NCBI GenBank assembly: GCA_973895155.1
Contig: OZ316892.1
Location: 14,810,861 to 14,874,860 of the forward strand
Source: Marsupella aquatica
Taxonomy: Eukaryota; Plantae; Marchantiophyta
Direction of reading: 5' to 3'
Length of the DNA: 64,000 nucleotides
The translations under genes and the position numbers were made by a program. The notes beneath the pieces were generated by a model, which saw only the letters and a program-made list of their open reading frames with translations, was not told the DNA's origin and ran no database searches. Positions 1-12,790 of the stretch are shown here, one piece after another; the stretch's first letter is position 1; each line of letters begins with the position of its first letter.

Positions 1-463
1 ACAGTGATTAGTATGATTGTGTGCGTGTACTGGACGGGGTTACTTGGGGTATGACCTCTGTGGAGATTGTTTTTGTTTCGGTGATAGGATAGTACAGATA
101 ACAAAGAATAATGCACCTCTTAGACAATTGCCTTATCTTGCTCATTTTCCAGCCGTTGCAACTTCGCTTCGTCTCAAAGACTTCTCCTTTGGAAGAGAAT
201 ACAGATCCCCCACACCTGGAAAAGTGCAGAGTATGCAGGGTTTCCAGGTTAGGAGGAGACGACATCTGTTTTACTGAAGCTGTGAAGTCTCTGTTGGCTG
301 GGAGGTGGAGTGGAGCAATAGAAATGTAGTAGAATGGTCTGGCCGGTGCTGTGAAAGAGACCTTTGCAAGAAAGGACTACACATTTTGGAGGTGTACAGC
401 GCATGTATGTCGCTATATGGATCAAGTTTTCAGGATTTGTGTTTGATCAGTTTCTGGTGGCAG

Positions 464-3265
464 GTAGCCAAAGGAGGTTACTTGGAGATCGGAGTCCAGA
501 CGTATGGTGGGGGTTTGTGGCACACGTGGTTTGATAGGGATTTGACTGTGGCTGGTCGAGTTGTCGTCAGGCGAGCGAAGGATGGAACAGAGTCATTCTC
601 GCATGAGCTGGTCAGAGTTCCACGCCCAATCCTCCGGGTTCCCACTCTGGCCATTCATCTGGACAGGTGCTGCATTCTGTTTCAGAATTGTGATCTGCCC
701 TTAAGCTTATGGTGAAATATTACTTCAAGATAATGTACCATGAGAATTTATGCAGTGCACCAAACATTTCATGCAAAATTAAAAATGCGGTAAGACTCCA
801 TGAGTTTGGATTGTGTGGGATGGCCCATCTCAAGATTATATCAACCTTCTTGGACGTCTTGATTGCAGAGGGGTTCTCGAGAGTGGTTTCAAGGTCAACA
901 CCCAGACTCATCTTGTACCAATCTTGGCAACTGCGATCAAGGTCAGTCGATGTCCTCTGGGTTCTTGTAATCATTCACGTGCTATTGCACTCAATTGTGG
1001 ATCGCAATATCATTGAACCACAAGTCGTTTTCAAGGAAACCTCCTCATCAGCAGACGTAGATTGGATTCAGATCCTCTTGGGATTTCCATTGAAGGAGAT
1101 TATGTGTTGTTTATTACGAGTCAATCGTGTGCAGATAGCTTAACAAGGAATTTGATTAAATGCAATGACTCTTGGTACGTCTGATACGTCTGCTGTAACT
1201 TCTTTCTTGATTTTCAAGTGTAGCTGGGAAGGAACAAGTCGGTTCTGCTCTTGCTAATAAACACTACATGACAACAGGAAGAGGCAAGCAAGCCTGTACC
1301 ACCTACTCCTTCTGGTGATGGCAATGGTGGAAGTGAGAAAAAGGTTTCCAAGACTTCCAATCATCATCCACTTCTTTTGCAAGTAAGTTGAAACTTCTGG
1401 TGACGTCCAGTAGTTTTGGTAAAGTGCACTAGTATCATAGATAAGCAAAAGAAGTTTGTTTCTTGCTTTCTTCCCGGACTATAGTTGTTGTACATTTCTT
1501 TCTCAAATGACCGCATTGGGTTTCCCCTAAATGATATCCTGCAACCGTTTACTATAATGATTTGGGGTCTGACATCAAAGCAAAATTGATGCTGCGTACT
1601 CGCAGGTTTTGGCAGAGCAGCTTGACTGTCATCCAGAAGATATTACCACCTTTGACTTGGATGTCGTTGATACGCAACCAAGTGCGATTGGTGGGGCCTT
1701 GAATGAGTTTATCTTCTCTGCCCGCTTAGACAACCTGTGCAGTTCATTTTGTTCTTTGAAGGTGAGCTTGTCTGATATTTTAAGGATTGACTTGTGGATA
1801 CATGGTCCTGTTTTCATGTGCGCTTAGTGTATTGCAAGCAATATGCATGCAAGAAATGTCAGGCATTTCAGGCTAGAGCTTGAACATATTATGAACCCAT
1901 CGTATGCAAGTTTCCTACAATTCCATCTTGTGCCATTTGATAATTGCAGGCCTTGATTGATGCCTCCTCAAGTGAAGGCGCTCTTGACGGGGAGACAGGC
2001 GTGAGGATGATTGCTTTGTTTGACCATGAAGAGGTCGGGTCTTCTTCAGCTCAAGGCGCAGGTTCACCTGTCATGGTTGATGCTCTTCGGCGAATTACAA
2101 CTTACTTCACGAAAGAGACTTCTTCGGTAATTTTGACCAACTTATCCCAATTTCATATATAACTTTACATGGGTCATCAAACTGTAGTATTATTTGAATT
2201 GTTTCTTTATGCTCTATTGCCCAATGGGATACCATGGGCTCAAGAAGGTCAGAGTCGCTTTTCACATTCTATGTTCATACTCGTGACGACTTTTAAACAA
2301 TACTCGAAAAATATTGTTCTACTGGAAACAAACTCACTCTGAAGAAACTTTGATGTCGCTAAGCACCCTCCAGTAAGGTTCCTCAATACACGCCAGACAT
2401 GCTATCTTCTTACCGGTTACGGTTTATGCTTCATTGTATCGGCAGGGCCTTTATGAGCAAGCAATTCAGAATAGCTTTTTGGTATCTGCAGACATGGCAC
2501 ATGCGTTGCATCCTAATTATCAGGTAAGCGGTAGCGTTCCAAATACAGCTGAAAAATCCTTGTAATCATTTTGGGCATTCTCGGCTTCCCGGCTTTGGCC
2601 GGTTCTGCTCAAGTGTGCATTTTTATTTCTTGAAATGGTTGTCAAATGTTGCAAGGAAGAAATGGAATGGCATCCCTTGACATATTGTAGCGCAGGACAA
2701 GCATGAGGAGAATCATCAACCCAAAATTCATTCAGGCACTGTTATCAAGCACAATGCTAATCAGCGCTATGCCACAAATGCTGTCACTGCTTTCCTTTTC
2801 CGGGAGATTGGGGATCGAAATCAGTTACCTTCGCAGGTAATGTCATGTCCTTAATTGTGGTTTGCTTTCAAGGTCATTAGATTGGACGCAAATGTCTCTT
2901 GACGTTCACCACAGTGACCGAATTTGCACATAAGTATTCTTCTGAAGTACATTTGATTACGTCATTGTCTATTGTACTTGATCAAGACGTGCGGAACGCA
3001 GAGTAATAACTTCACAAGGTTTAATTACTGTTGTGTATCGCAGGACTTCCTGGTGAGGAACGACATGGCTTGTGGATCAACAATAGGCCCTATATTAGCT
3101 AGCGGAATTGGTATACGAACAGTGGACGTGGGAACTCCACAATTATCTATGCACAGTGTTCGAGAGATGTGTGGGGTCGATGATGTCGGGCATTCCTATC
3201 TGCACTTCAAAGCCTTCTTCGAGGGGTTTACACATCTTGATGCCAAACTCCGTGTTGATAATTGA
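464..3265 (+). CDS. DNPEP: Aspartyl aminopeptidase (peptidase M18 family), 5'-partial, spliced
   Basis: Exons with AG/GT borders at about 464-666, 869-941, 1278-1382, 1606-1761, 1950-2126, 2446-2523, 2696-2836 and 3044-3265 join in frame. M18 motifs are present: [77 protein letters not shown]. The N-terminal exons (GAHTDSP motif) were not found in the window and are presumed to lie upstream. Confidence 0.95.
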
Positions 3266-3489
3266 TAGATGTCTGGATGGTAGTTAGAAAAAGCTGGATT
3301 AGAGGACAAGAATGGTGATTCTTATGATCCTGGTGAGTGTTTGTAACATTAATTTAAGGTAGAGAAGAATTTGTAAAAAATTAGAAACTTAGTCAAAAAT
3401 TTGATGTGGTCACATGTTGAGGTGTAAGTCCAATTTGAATGAAGGTTGTTGCACATATGGAACGGAATGTGTGTGATCAAATAACTGGA

Positions 3490-3567
3490 TTATGGACCAC
3501 AATGTTCCAGCAGTTGATTCAATTATGGATCAGAATGTTCCAGCAGTTGATTCAATTATGGACCAGA
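3490..3567. repeat. Short tandem duplication, ~33-bp unit x2.3
   Basis: ATTATGGA(C/T)CA(C/G)AATGTTCCAGCAGTTGATTCA is repeated downstream of the aminopeptidase stop. Confidence 0.8.
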
Positions 3568-4962
3568 CCATAATGTTTGATAACATATTTGGAATGGTAC
3601 ATAGCACTTTTTGAGACCCAAAAGGGTAATCCCTCAAAAGAAAGTACTATTACAACTGGTCCACCAACAGTGGTTTGGGATGAAGTCATCAGTTCATCGA
3701 AGCTTTTGTTTTTCGTTTTGAACGGAGGATACCAAGATGTTGTATACACGATACTCAAATAAGCTTTGGACCTGAATGAAATCAATCTTGAAATCAGAAA
3801 AGAACTGACCCTATCACACCTAAAACCTTTCACCTCAAACCCGAATAAACTCATTCTTGATACCTGAAACAAAAACGTGGCGACTTGATCCAAATCTAAC
3901 CCCACCTCACCGTTAAGTTTTGGAACTCATGTATATGGAGCTTTCAAAGTTATTTATGCTTCCACACCCCTGTCGCACCGTAGTCCATGTATCAGTGCAA
4001 ACTAAGAAACCCGAGATATACCTGAACCCATGCCTTAGCCACCTAACCAGACAATCTCAGAACTCAGCATTCTTTTTAACTTCTCACGACACAACAATTA
4101 CAGTAGAGAAGTACGGGCTGAAACTCAACGTGAGAATGACAGGAGTTCCAACACGCCAGCTCTGAAAACCATCAAACGATACAACGAAAACAGGCCCCGG
4201 TATTTTTTCTTCATTAAGTGCTGAAACTCCAAAGTAGCAGAGCATTGGGTGAATGGCACCATGAATCTGTGAACCAAATATATCGTTGACAGAGAAAATT
4301 ACAACCAGTTGACTGAATATAACCTAAAAGCAATATTTCTTCTGTGTCTCACTGACAAAGACTGTCACTGGAAGACAACAGGCACATTCATCATCCAACT
4401 TGAGAGACAATTACTGGAAGCGCACTTGAGGGAGCTGACATTTCCCTGGCCTCATTATAAAATGTTGATCGATGGGAGGAAAGATGCCATTTCTCTTGAG
4501 TTCCATCTTCAAGTTGAAGTTCATCGAAATTTCTCCTTCAGCTCCTTGAGGACATCAGAAATGCTAAAAATCCTTAGAAATCTCAGTCAATCCTGCACAT
4601 CGAAATTACAGCAATAGTTCTCAAAACCTCCACCAAAATGGGACCCATCAGTTGCTTGCAAGCAAAGTGAATTGATTCAGTGCATCCTTCTGTTAATCAA
4701 CAATTGGTGGGTGTGCAAAGAAGTGATGTTACCAGGTGAACATCGGCGCAGATCATTGTCAACGCATAAGAAGCGTTGGCTGCAAACGCTTTCGGCAAGA
4801 GCCATCGAATAGTCTCAATGGCACAGCTTCTTTCTGCTGCAGGTTCTGTCTTCCTCTCAATTATGTAACAGACAGGTTCCGCGGATTGCCCTCAGATCGT
4901 AACGGATGCAACGCAACAACTTAGAGACAAAGAGACTGTACTGTGAGCGAGTGATGGGAATC

Positions 4963-7695
4963 TCAATAATGCTTACTGGCTTTCTTTCTCGTTTTTGGGG
5001 TAGACAAGATTTCCAACCTTTTGAGGTAATAACCGACTAAATTTTCATACGTGAAAAACCGTTTTTCAATATCCTCTGAGCTCAGAAAAAGTTCCTCACA
5101 ACATTTTTGAAACGGTCCCCTCCCAAAGGCGTCAAAAACCAGTTCATCTGTGTCAACTTTGGCGATATGGCCAGTGTTTGGCATCTCTGCCAAGGCTTCT
5201 GCAAGGCTGGACTGAATGTTCCCAGCAACATATGCATCCACCACTGCTCCATATGTCACTAAATCTGGCATGATACCCTGGTGCGCCATTTCTAGGATAG
5301 TCACCCGTAGATCCCACAGCATCTGAAATTTTTTAAGTACCGTCGTGAGTGCAAGGAAATGAATACCGCAGTACAGCAAACTAAAACTGTTGGCCGGGTA
5401 TACGCAGAGGTCAGACTAATAAGGGAATTGCAGGCCTACATCTTGTAGTCAAAGTAAAACTACAAACTGCAACAATAACAAGATGAATAGACTCCTCTTA
5501 AGCGAAACGAATACAGTAGATACCACAAACAAAATATAGAGTACAAGATAGTTACAAATGGCCTTCCACCACGTAGTAGTCATACTAATCTATGTCTGAG
5601 AGAACCTGAACACAGCAGTCTCACCTGCATCTTTGAAAATGCCAAGGCACGAATGTTGAAGCTCGTTATATCTGCTTCAAACCCTGCCTCTTTCAATCTA
5701 ACATACTCCTCCGCAAGACCTCGCATGGAGAAATTTGCAGCATGTGAGAGCAGGAGGAGATTCTCAATCAGCTTGTTCAGGCTCATCCTCCTCCTATTAT
5801 GATAACGAGCAAAAGTCCCAAGCTGGTAGAAATATGACTTGCGAATGTAAGCTAGTGCCACCGCTCTGATAGTGTCCGCCCTGACCTTCAGTTTGTAAGG
5901 CCTGACCAGAGAATAAGTTCTTTCCATATCTTTTAACAACCCAGCTTCTGCGTAGCCCTGTATCATGGCATTGACGGCCGGTCCGTCGGGATCAAGGTTC
6001 CTGGCTATCATCTCTTTCAGCGCCTTTTCCATTCGAGCAAAGAGACCTCCTTTGGCAAAACACTGGAGGAGAGCAGAGTATGTCACACTCGTTGGAGCAC
6101 AATCGGGCTGGGTGCCCTCATGTGTTTTCATGTTATTGAAGATTTTCGCCATCTCGGTGTAGTGGCCATTCTTTCCATACGCGTATAATAGGCCGGTGTA
6201 AGTGATGGCATTTGGCTTGAATCCAACCTCCCTCATTTCCACTAGAATTTGCTTTGCTCTGTCAAAGTCTCCAACCTCTGCAAAACCTTGAAGAAGGCAC
6301 GAGTACGTGGCCACTGTCGGTCTTAAGTCTAACCCGATCATTTCGTTGAAGAGCTTCTGCGCTACCTCAGGCATTCGAGCATGACCGCAAACGTTCATGA
6401 AGCCTGTGAAATCTTGCTCGGTTGCAACGTAACCTTCTTGACGCTTCCACCATTCAAATACCTGGATCACTTAAACAAACAAGATGAGTCCTCCCCTCAG
6501 CAGATGCTTCTTCAGTGACCTTAACCAAATAAACTAGTTCATATTACTCGGAGAGCACGACATCCATTCGAGTGGTTAAACCTTTCATTATCGTGTGGAT
6601 AGGTACATGTTCCTGTTAGGTTGTCCAAAACGAAGGCTCTAACGCGTTTTCCCTAGAAGGAAGACCGTGTAAAAGCTTGCCATTCATATATAGGCTTCTG
6701 GGTTAACCAAGACATACGGTTTCATGAAAGTAAACCCTTTGAATTACATTCGAATTATCAACCTGACTACATGTATTTAAGTTGTTCTGAAACCAATTCG
6801 GTCAACTTCGAATTTCACGTCCTGTGGCTTAGCATCAGCTTGTGTAGCACGAGAAATAACGTCGAGAAATAACGTATGTGCAAATTAATAGACGAGGTCG
6901 AAGGAGCTACGATACCAGTAAAGCTTCGGATGCCCGGGAATTTAGACAGAGAATGTTCACAACTGTCCAGAGCGTCTCGACCGTGCATTTCTCCATGCTC
7001 TCCAAAAGATCTATCGGACTTTTTCCCTGGTGGAGTAGCTGCTTCCAAATTCGGTGACGCCTAGTTCTTTTCCCTTCCGAAATAGAAATCTCTCCCCTGG
7101 CAGACCCAGAGTCTTCCACACTCCCTCGATCCATCTCAACTCCTTGTCTACCTTCAACTGCCTCTTCGGCACTATATCCACCATCCTTGTTTACTCCAAT
7201 TCCTCCTTCGTCCCTTCGGCCGAATTTCTCACCATAGTCTCGTCTGTCTTCACCACTGGTTCCAAATGTGTCCTCTTCTGCAGCACTGCGTGAGACTAAA
7301 TTGTGCGGAGAATCTTCTCCAACACCAAAAAGATGTGAAGAATCGCCGGCAACAGAGGTATCATGGGCTTCTAATCTCTCCATGCGAGCTTGAGTTTCCA
7401 TTCTAACATCTAACTTACTTCTATGAGCTCTGCCGTCACCATTTTGGAATTTCGAGAGGCTTTCCGCTGCTGGTGCGTGAGGCCGCCTCCCAAGTGACGT
7501 CCGAATGGGCAAAACACCTAATGAGAAGTCAGTAGCGGACTTCTTCGCTATCCTTGTTGTTGCCGATCTTCGGATAATCGAAGACTCTAATTTCAGTCCA
7601 TTCGTCACTGCCAAACTCGCAAATCTCTGACCACCCGACGGCCGATCTTTCCCTAGCCCTTGGTACAACAGCTCGCAGTGTGAAACTGACGCCAT
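4963..7695 (-). CDS. P-type pentatricopeptide repeat (PPR) protein, 3 exons, probable organellar transit peptide
   Basis: Exons 7695-6916, 6461-5625 and 5322-4963, with phase-0 GT-AG introns. ~35-aa PPR motifs: PTVATYSCLLQGFAEVG, PNAITYTGLLYAYGKNG, PTSVTYSALLQCFAKGG, PDLVTYGAVVDAY. Ser/Arg-rich N-terminus. The C-terminus (NIRALAFSKMQMLWDL...TYENLVGYYLK) resembles the Arabidopsis At3g42630-type PPR from memory; not verified. Confidence 0.92.
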
Positions 7696-7740
7696 GGCTC
7701 CAGATGAAATTTGTCCTAGAATGTCGTCTGCTCCCTCCCT

Positions 7741-7782
7741 CAGGTGAGATTCATCAGGTGAGATTCATCAGGTGAGATTCAT
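7741..7782. repeat. 14-bp tandem repeat x3 upstream of the PPR start codon
   Basis: CAGGTGAGATTCAT occurs three times in tandem. Confidence 0.9.
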
Positions 7783-8668
7783 AACGAAATGAAAGATAAG
7801 CAAAACCTCTGTTATCAGAAGAAACTACCATATTGAATCACGGAAGATTTTCCCATTTTATATCGTGCTCGTGAACGCTGCGTGAGAGATGTTCAGGAGG
7901 TACTTAGCTTAGTTGGACGAAATCTCTGCCTAATTCCTGCCTTCATGTTTGGTCAGTGCCAGCAGTTGTTCCGAAATGTTAGAGCCTCAGCAAGACTGAA
8001 AGCCTCAGCTGCACCACCACATGCCAAGAGAAGACATGTCAACAGGTCATCATCATACTCTGCCTACCCTAGGCTTGGTTGCACTAATAATGTTCACAAC
8101 CACAACTTCCCCTGCATGTGGAAGTGTCCAAGATTTCCCCATTTTTTCATATTTCAATCACTCTTCTCCTCTAGCATGCCAGTTTACTCCACAATTTCAG
8201 AAAAAATCTACTTTTAATGGTAACTACGGGTAACCAGTAGCTTTTGAAGGGCAGTTGTGCTTTAAACAGGGTATTTTTCAGGATTTTACTTTTTTCCAGA
8301 GTGGCTCAAAAGATTCCCTATTTCAATTATTTTGGTGATGGTCAGATCTCCCTACATTTAAGGTTAGATTCTGGCTAGGAATTTTAGCCAAAAGTGGCGA
8401 AATATTTTTGGAGGGGGAATTTGGCAAATTTTTGCCACAAAACAAATGTTGCACTTAAACCACCACTCGCTGCACCTAAACCACCACTAGCCATGACAAA
8501 AACTTACACCACATTTTACTATAAAGAGTGTCTTTTCACCATAAAGAGTGTCCTTTCCTAATTTGTGATTTTGTGGAGCAATGTGGAAGGGGAGAGGAGA
8601 AGAATGAGAGGAAAGTGAAAAAGAGAAGAATCTTGAACACTTCACGCTTTTACATGGTTAGCCATGGT

Positions 8669-8780
8669 TTAAGGACCACTGGTTTTTCATTATGAGTTAT
8701 TTTGTAGATTGTATATGATTGAACCCGCCACGTACATAGGGACACAGTATACAGGAGACAACATACCTTACAACGGAATG
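8669..8780. repeat. Short palindromic repeat unit, copy A (empty, MITE-like)
   Basis: TTAAGGACCACTGGTTTTTCATTATGAGTTATTTTGT...core...AGACAACATACCTTACAACGGAATG. Homologous to 12670-12790 and to the split copy B (8781-8808 + 10623-10678 + 12600-12626). Confidence 0.7.
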
Positions 8781-8808
8781 AGGACCACTGGTGTTCCATT
8801 ATGACTTA

Positions 8809-10622
8809 CTAGCTCAATACCCGTGCGTTGCACAAAAGAAGTCATGTCGGCCAAGATGTCGTTGAGAAAAAAAGATGCCGTGTCGGCCAAGAGGTCGTTG
8901 AGAGAAAAGATGTAGTGTCAGCCAAGAGGTTGTGGAGAGAAAAAGATGTTGTGTCGGCCAAGAGGTCGTGGAGAGAAAAGATGTAGTGTCGGCCAAGAGG
9001 TCGTGGAGAAAAAAGATGTAGTGTCAGCCAAGAGGTCATGGAGAGAAAAGATGTTGTGTCGGCCAAGAGGTCGTTGAGAGAAAAGAAGTCGTTGAGAAAA
9101 AAAGATGGCCAAGAGGTTGTTAAGAGAAAAGAAGTCATTGAGGAAAAAATTTGTCATTTTGGTCAAGAGGTCGTTGAGAAAAAAGATGTCATGTCGGCCA
9201 AGATGTTGTCAAGAAAACAATTGTCATGTCGGCCAAGGTGTTGTTGAGAAAAAATATGTCGTGTCAGCAAAGACATCATTGAGGGAAAAGATGTCATGTC
9301 AGCCAAGACATCGTTGAGGGAAAATACCCGTGCATTGCACAAAAGATGTCCTTGAAGTCATTTTGCCAAAGATGCCATTATGTGAAAGATGTTGATAAGA
9401 AAAATGTGTCATTTTGCCAAAGATATCGTGAAGTAAAAGATGTTATAAAGAAAAAAAAGGTGTCGTTTCATCCAAGTTGTCATTATGTGAAAGATGTTAT
9501 GAAGTAAAAAGTCAAGGAGAGCAGGAGCAAGTCTTTTTCTTTGTTTGTTTTTTACCCAAAATGCCCTTGCATTTGAATGGTGACCACTCTATACATTGGC
9601 GCAATGTTATATTATCGGTTTCAGGTTTAAGGTTTTAGGGTTTAGCAAAGATGACCATTTTATCGCTATCCTTTCAATCCCCGTGCATTGCATAAAAGAT
9701 GTTGTTTGGTTAAAGATGTTGTTGAGAAATAGCTCATGGTGCAAAAGATATCATTGAATAAAAAATTGCACAAAATTTTTTGTTGAATGAAAGATATCAT
9801 TGTGCAAAATACTGGCCACGGCAGCCACAAAAGTTCCCTTTTTTTTTCTCCTTGCACAAAAAAATTCTTTGAATAAAAGACGTCATTGCACAAACCACTG
9901 GCTATGACAACCACAAAAGTATAACAAAATGAGAGGTGTTTTTCCCCCCTTTTAAACTTTTTTTCCTCTTATGTTCCTTTTAAACCTTAACCTCCCCCTT
10001 TTCCCCATTTCACCATCACTCCACTCGCTCGCCGCCCCCTCCCTCCCCACCCATGCGCGACTGGAGCCCTTCGAGGGGCTGCCCTACATTGCAAGTGTGC
10101 CCCTGGCCCGACAACTTGCCATCAACGTCCGTGTCATGCGTTTCACTATGTCTTTGGGCCTTATTACTGTTGTTTTTTGGCATTGAAAATGATAGTGCAA
10201 ATGACTCTAAAAATCACCACAAATATTGGGAGAACAATTTTTTATTTATCAAGTGACTAAAATATTATTAGCAATTAAACTCCTCTTATCACTATTATAC
10301 AAAACTATGTTGCACATAATATTGAATATGTAGAATACTCTGAGTATGTACAATACTGATCATGGAGGCCTGGAGGGAGTATCCTCCTTGATCCTCGTGC
10401 ATTGATTGTCGTGCATTAATTAAAGTCTTTCACTTTTTGGGGTGTCTCGTGTGATTATTTGGCTTGTCTTGGACAATGGTGTAACTTTTTGTGTCACACT
10501 AAACTCAATACACATTTTGATTTTATTACTTACCTTTGATTACATTTTTAAATTTTTATGCCCTTCAAATTTGAATGACGACCACTCTAAAAAGTGGCGC
10601 AACTGTGTATTATACTTTAGTA
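8809..10622 (-). mobile_element. Non-autonomous Helitron-like element, left copy (minus strand)
   Basis: The minus-strand 3' end reads GTGCAACGCACGGGTATTGAGCTAG|T: a GTGC-AAC-GCAC hairpin about 10 nt before CTAG, the typical plant Helitron terminus. The 5' end follows ACAAAA and is degenerate (TACTAAAGTATAATAC). No TSD and no Rep/helicase ORF. Confidence 0.75.
8845..9320. repeat. ~31-bp minisatellite inside the left Helitron-like copy
   Basis: Consensus approximately GTGTCGGCCAAGAGGTCGTTGAGAGAAAAGAT, more than 10 copies. It explains the repetitive spurious ORFs (STTSWPT...). Confidence 0.9.
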
Positions 10623-10678
10623 TTTTGTCTATTATATATGGTTGAACCCAACTACGCAAGGACACACAGGAGACAAAA

Positions 10679-12599
10679 TCAAGAACTATAATACACAGTT
10701 GCGCCACTTTTTAGAGTGATCTTCATTCAAATTTGCAGGGCACAAAAATTAAAAAAATCTGGTCAAAGATAAACAATAAAGCCAAAGTGTGAATTAAATT
10801 TAGTGTGAGTCACAAAAAGTTGCACAGTTGCCCAAGACAAGCAAGAATAATTACACTAGACACAAAAAAAGAAGTGAAAGACTTTAATAAAATGCACAAG
10901 GACCAATGCACAAGGATCAAGGAGTATACTCACATGCAAGTTTGTATTGTACATATTCATTGTACACATATATTACATATTGTGTGCGTCATAATTTTGT
11001 GTAATAATGGTAAAAGTAGTTTAATTGCTAATAATATTTGTCACTAGATCAATAAAAAAAATTCTCCCAATATTTGTGGTGATTTTACAGTTATTTATAG
11101 TGTCATTTTCAATGCAAAAAACAAAAGTAATAGAGCCCAAAGACAATAGAAGCACATGGGATGGGCATTGATAGCAAGGTATCGGGCCAGGGGCACACTC
11201 GCAATGTAGGGTAGCCCCTCAATCTCACATGGGTGGGGAGGGGGGGCTGAACGAGTGGAGTGATGGTGAATGTGAAAAAAAGAAGACCAAAAATAAGAAA
11301 ATGGGGAAATGGGGAAAAGGGGGAGGTTAAGGTTTAAAAGGAACATAAGAGAAAAAAAGGAAAAGAGGAAACAAAAAGGGGAAAAAAACACCTCTCATTT
11401 TGTTTTACTTTTGTGGTTGTCATAGCCAGTCTTTTGCACAAGGACATCTTTTATTCAAGAATTTTTGTGTGCAAGGAGAAAAAAGAAAAAAAGTAAAGGG
11501 AACTTTTGTGGCTGCCATAGCCACTATTTTGAACAATGATATCTTTCACTCAACAAAAGTTTTTGTGCAATAATGTATTTTAACAATTATTATTTTTATT
11601 CAACGATTATCTTTTGCACCACATACGATCTATTTCTCAACAACATCTTTAACCAAACAACATCTATTATGCAACACAGAGGGATTGAAAGGATATCGAG
11701 AGAATGGTCATCTTTGCTAAACCCTAAAACACTAAACCTGAAACTGATAATATAACGTTGCTCCAATTTATAGTGGTCGCCATTCAAATGCATGGGCATT
11801 TTGGGTAAAACAAAACAAAACAAAGAAGAAGACTCACTCCTTCTTAGTTTCCTTGATTTTTTACTTCATAGAACATCTTTCACAGAACAATAGCTTGGGT
11901 AAAAAACCCCATTTTTCTTTTAACATCTTTTACTTCACGATATCTTTGGCAAAATGACACCTTTTTCTTAATAACACCTTTCACACAATGACATGTTTGG
12001 CAAAATGACTTTTTTTTAAGACTTCTTTTTACTTTGTGACATCTTTCACTTAACAACATCTTGGGCAACACGACATCTTATTTCTTAACAACATCTTTTG
12101 TGCAATGCACGGGTATTTTCCGTGAACGATGTCTTGGCCGACACAACGTTTTTTTCTCAACAACATCTTCGCCAACATGACAATTTTTTCTCAACGACGT
12201 CTTGGCTGACACAACATCTTTTTTCTCAACGACTTCTTGGCCGACATGACATTTTTTTGCTCAATGATCTTTTGGCCAACACGACGTCTTTTTTCTCAAC
12301 GTCTTCTTGGCCGACACGACATCTTTTTTTCTCAATGACCTCTTGGGCGACACGACATCTTTTTTTCTCAACGACATCTTGACCAACACAACTTCTTTTC
12401 TCTCAATGACCTCTTGGGCCACATGACATCTTTACTCTCAACAACCTCTTGGGCGACACGACATCTTTTCTCTCCACGACCTCTTGGGCAACACTACATC
12501 TTTTTTCTCCATGACCTGTTGGCTGACACTACCTCATTTTTTCTCAATGACATCTTGGCTGACACGACTTCTTTTGTGCAACGCACGGGTATTGAGCTA
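10679..12599 (+). mobile_element. Non-autonomous Helitron-like element, right copy (plus strand), inverted relative to the left copy
   Basis: Begins A|TCAAGAACTATAATACACAG (5' TC after A) and ends GTGCAACGCACGGGTATTGAGCTA|T (CTAG lacking the G). Collinear reverse-complement similarity to 8809-10622 along its length. Carries the reverse-complement minisatellite at about 12120-12570. Confidence 0.75.
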
Positions 12600-12669
12600 T
12601 ACTTCATAATGGAATGAACAGGTTCTTTTAGCTTCACGTGAAGGGTGTTTGGGTGATTAGACTATACAC

Positions 12670-12790
12670 TTAAGGACAACTGGTGTTCCATTATGAGTTA
12701 TTTTGTCAATCCTATATGGTCAACCTGTGTATGCAAGGACATAGTATATATGCGGCAAAATACCTCATAATGGAATGAGCAGGTCCTCTT
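12670..12790. repeat. Short palindromic repeat unit, copy C (empty, MITE-like)
   Basis: TTAAGGACAACTGGTGTTCCATTATGAGTTATTTTGT...GGCAAAATACCTCATAATGGAATGAGCAGGTCCT, with the internal inverted repeat TTCCATTATGAG/CTCATAATGGAA. Confidence 0.75.

Noticed and set aside
4300-4930. Short ORFs and a possible spliced 3'-UTR exon downstream of the PPR gene
   Set aside because: No recognisable protein motif. The splice-like sites cannot be supported without transcript data.
8845-9320. ~31-bp repeat array resembling a CRISPR array, and its short ORFs
   Set aside because: The units are contiguous with no unique spacers, no cas genes are present and the context is eukaryotic. It is a minisatellite, and the ORFs are repeat-derived.
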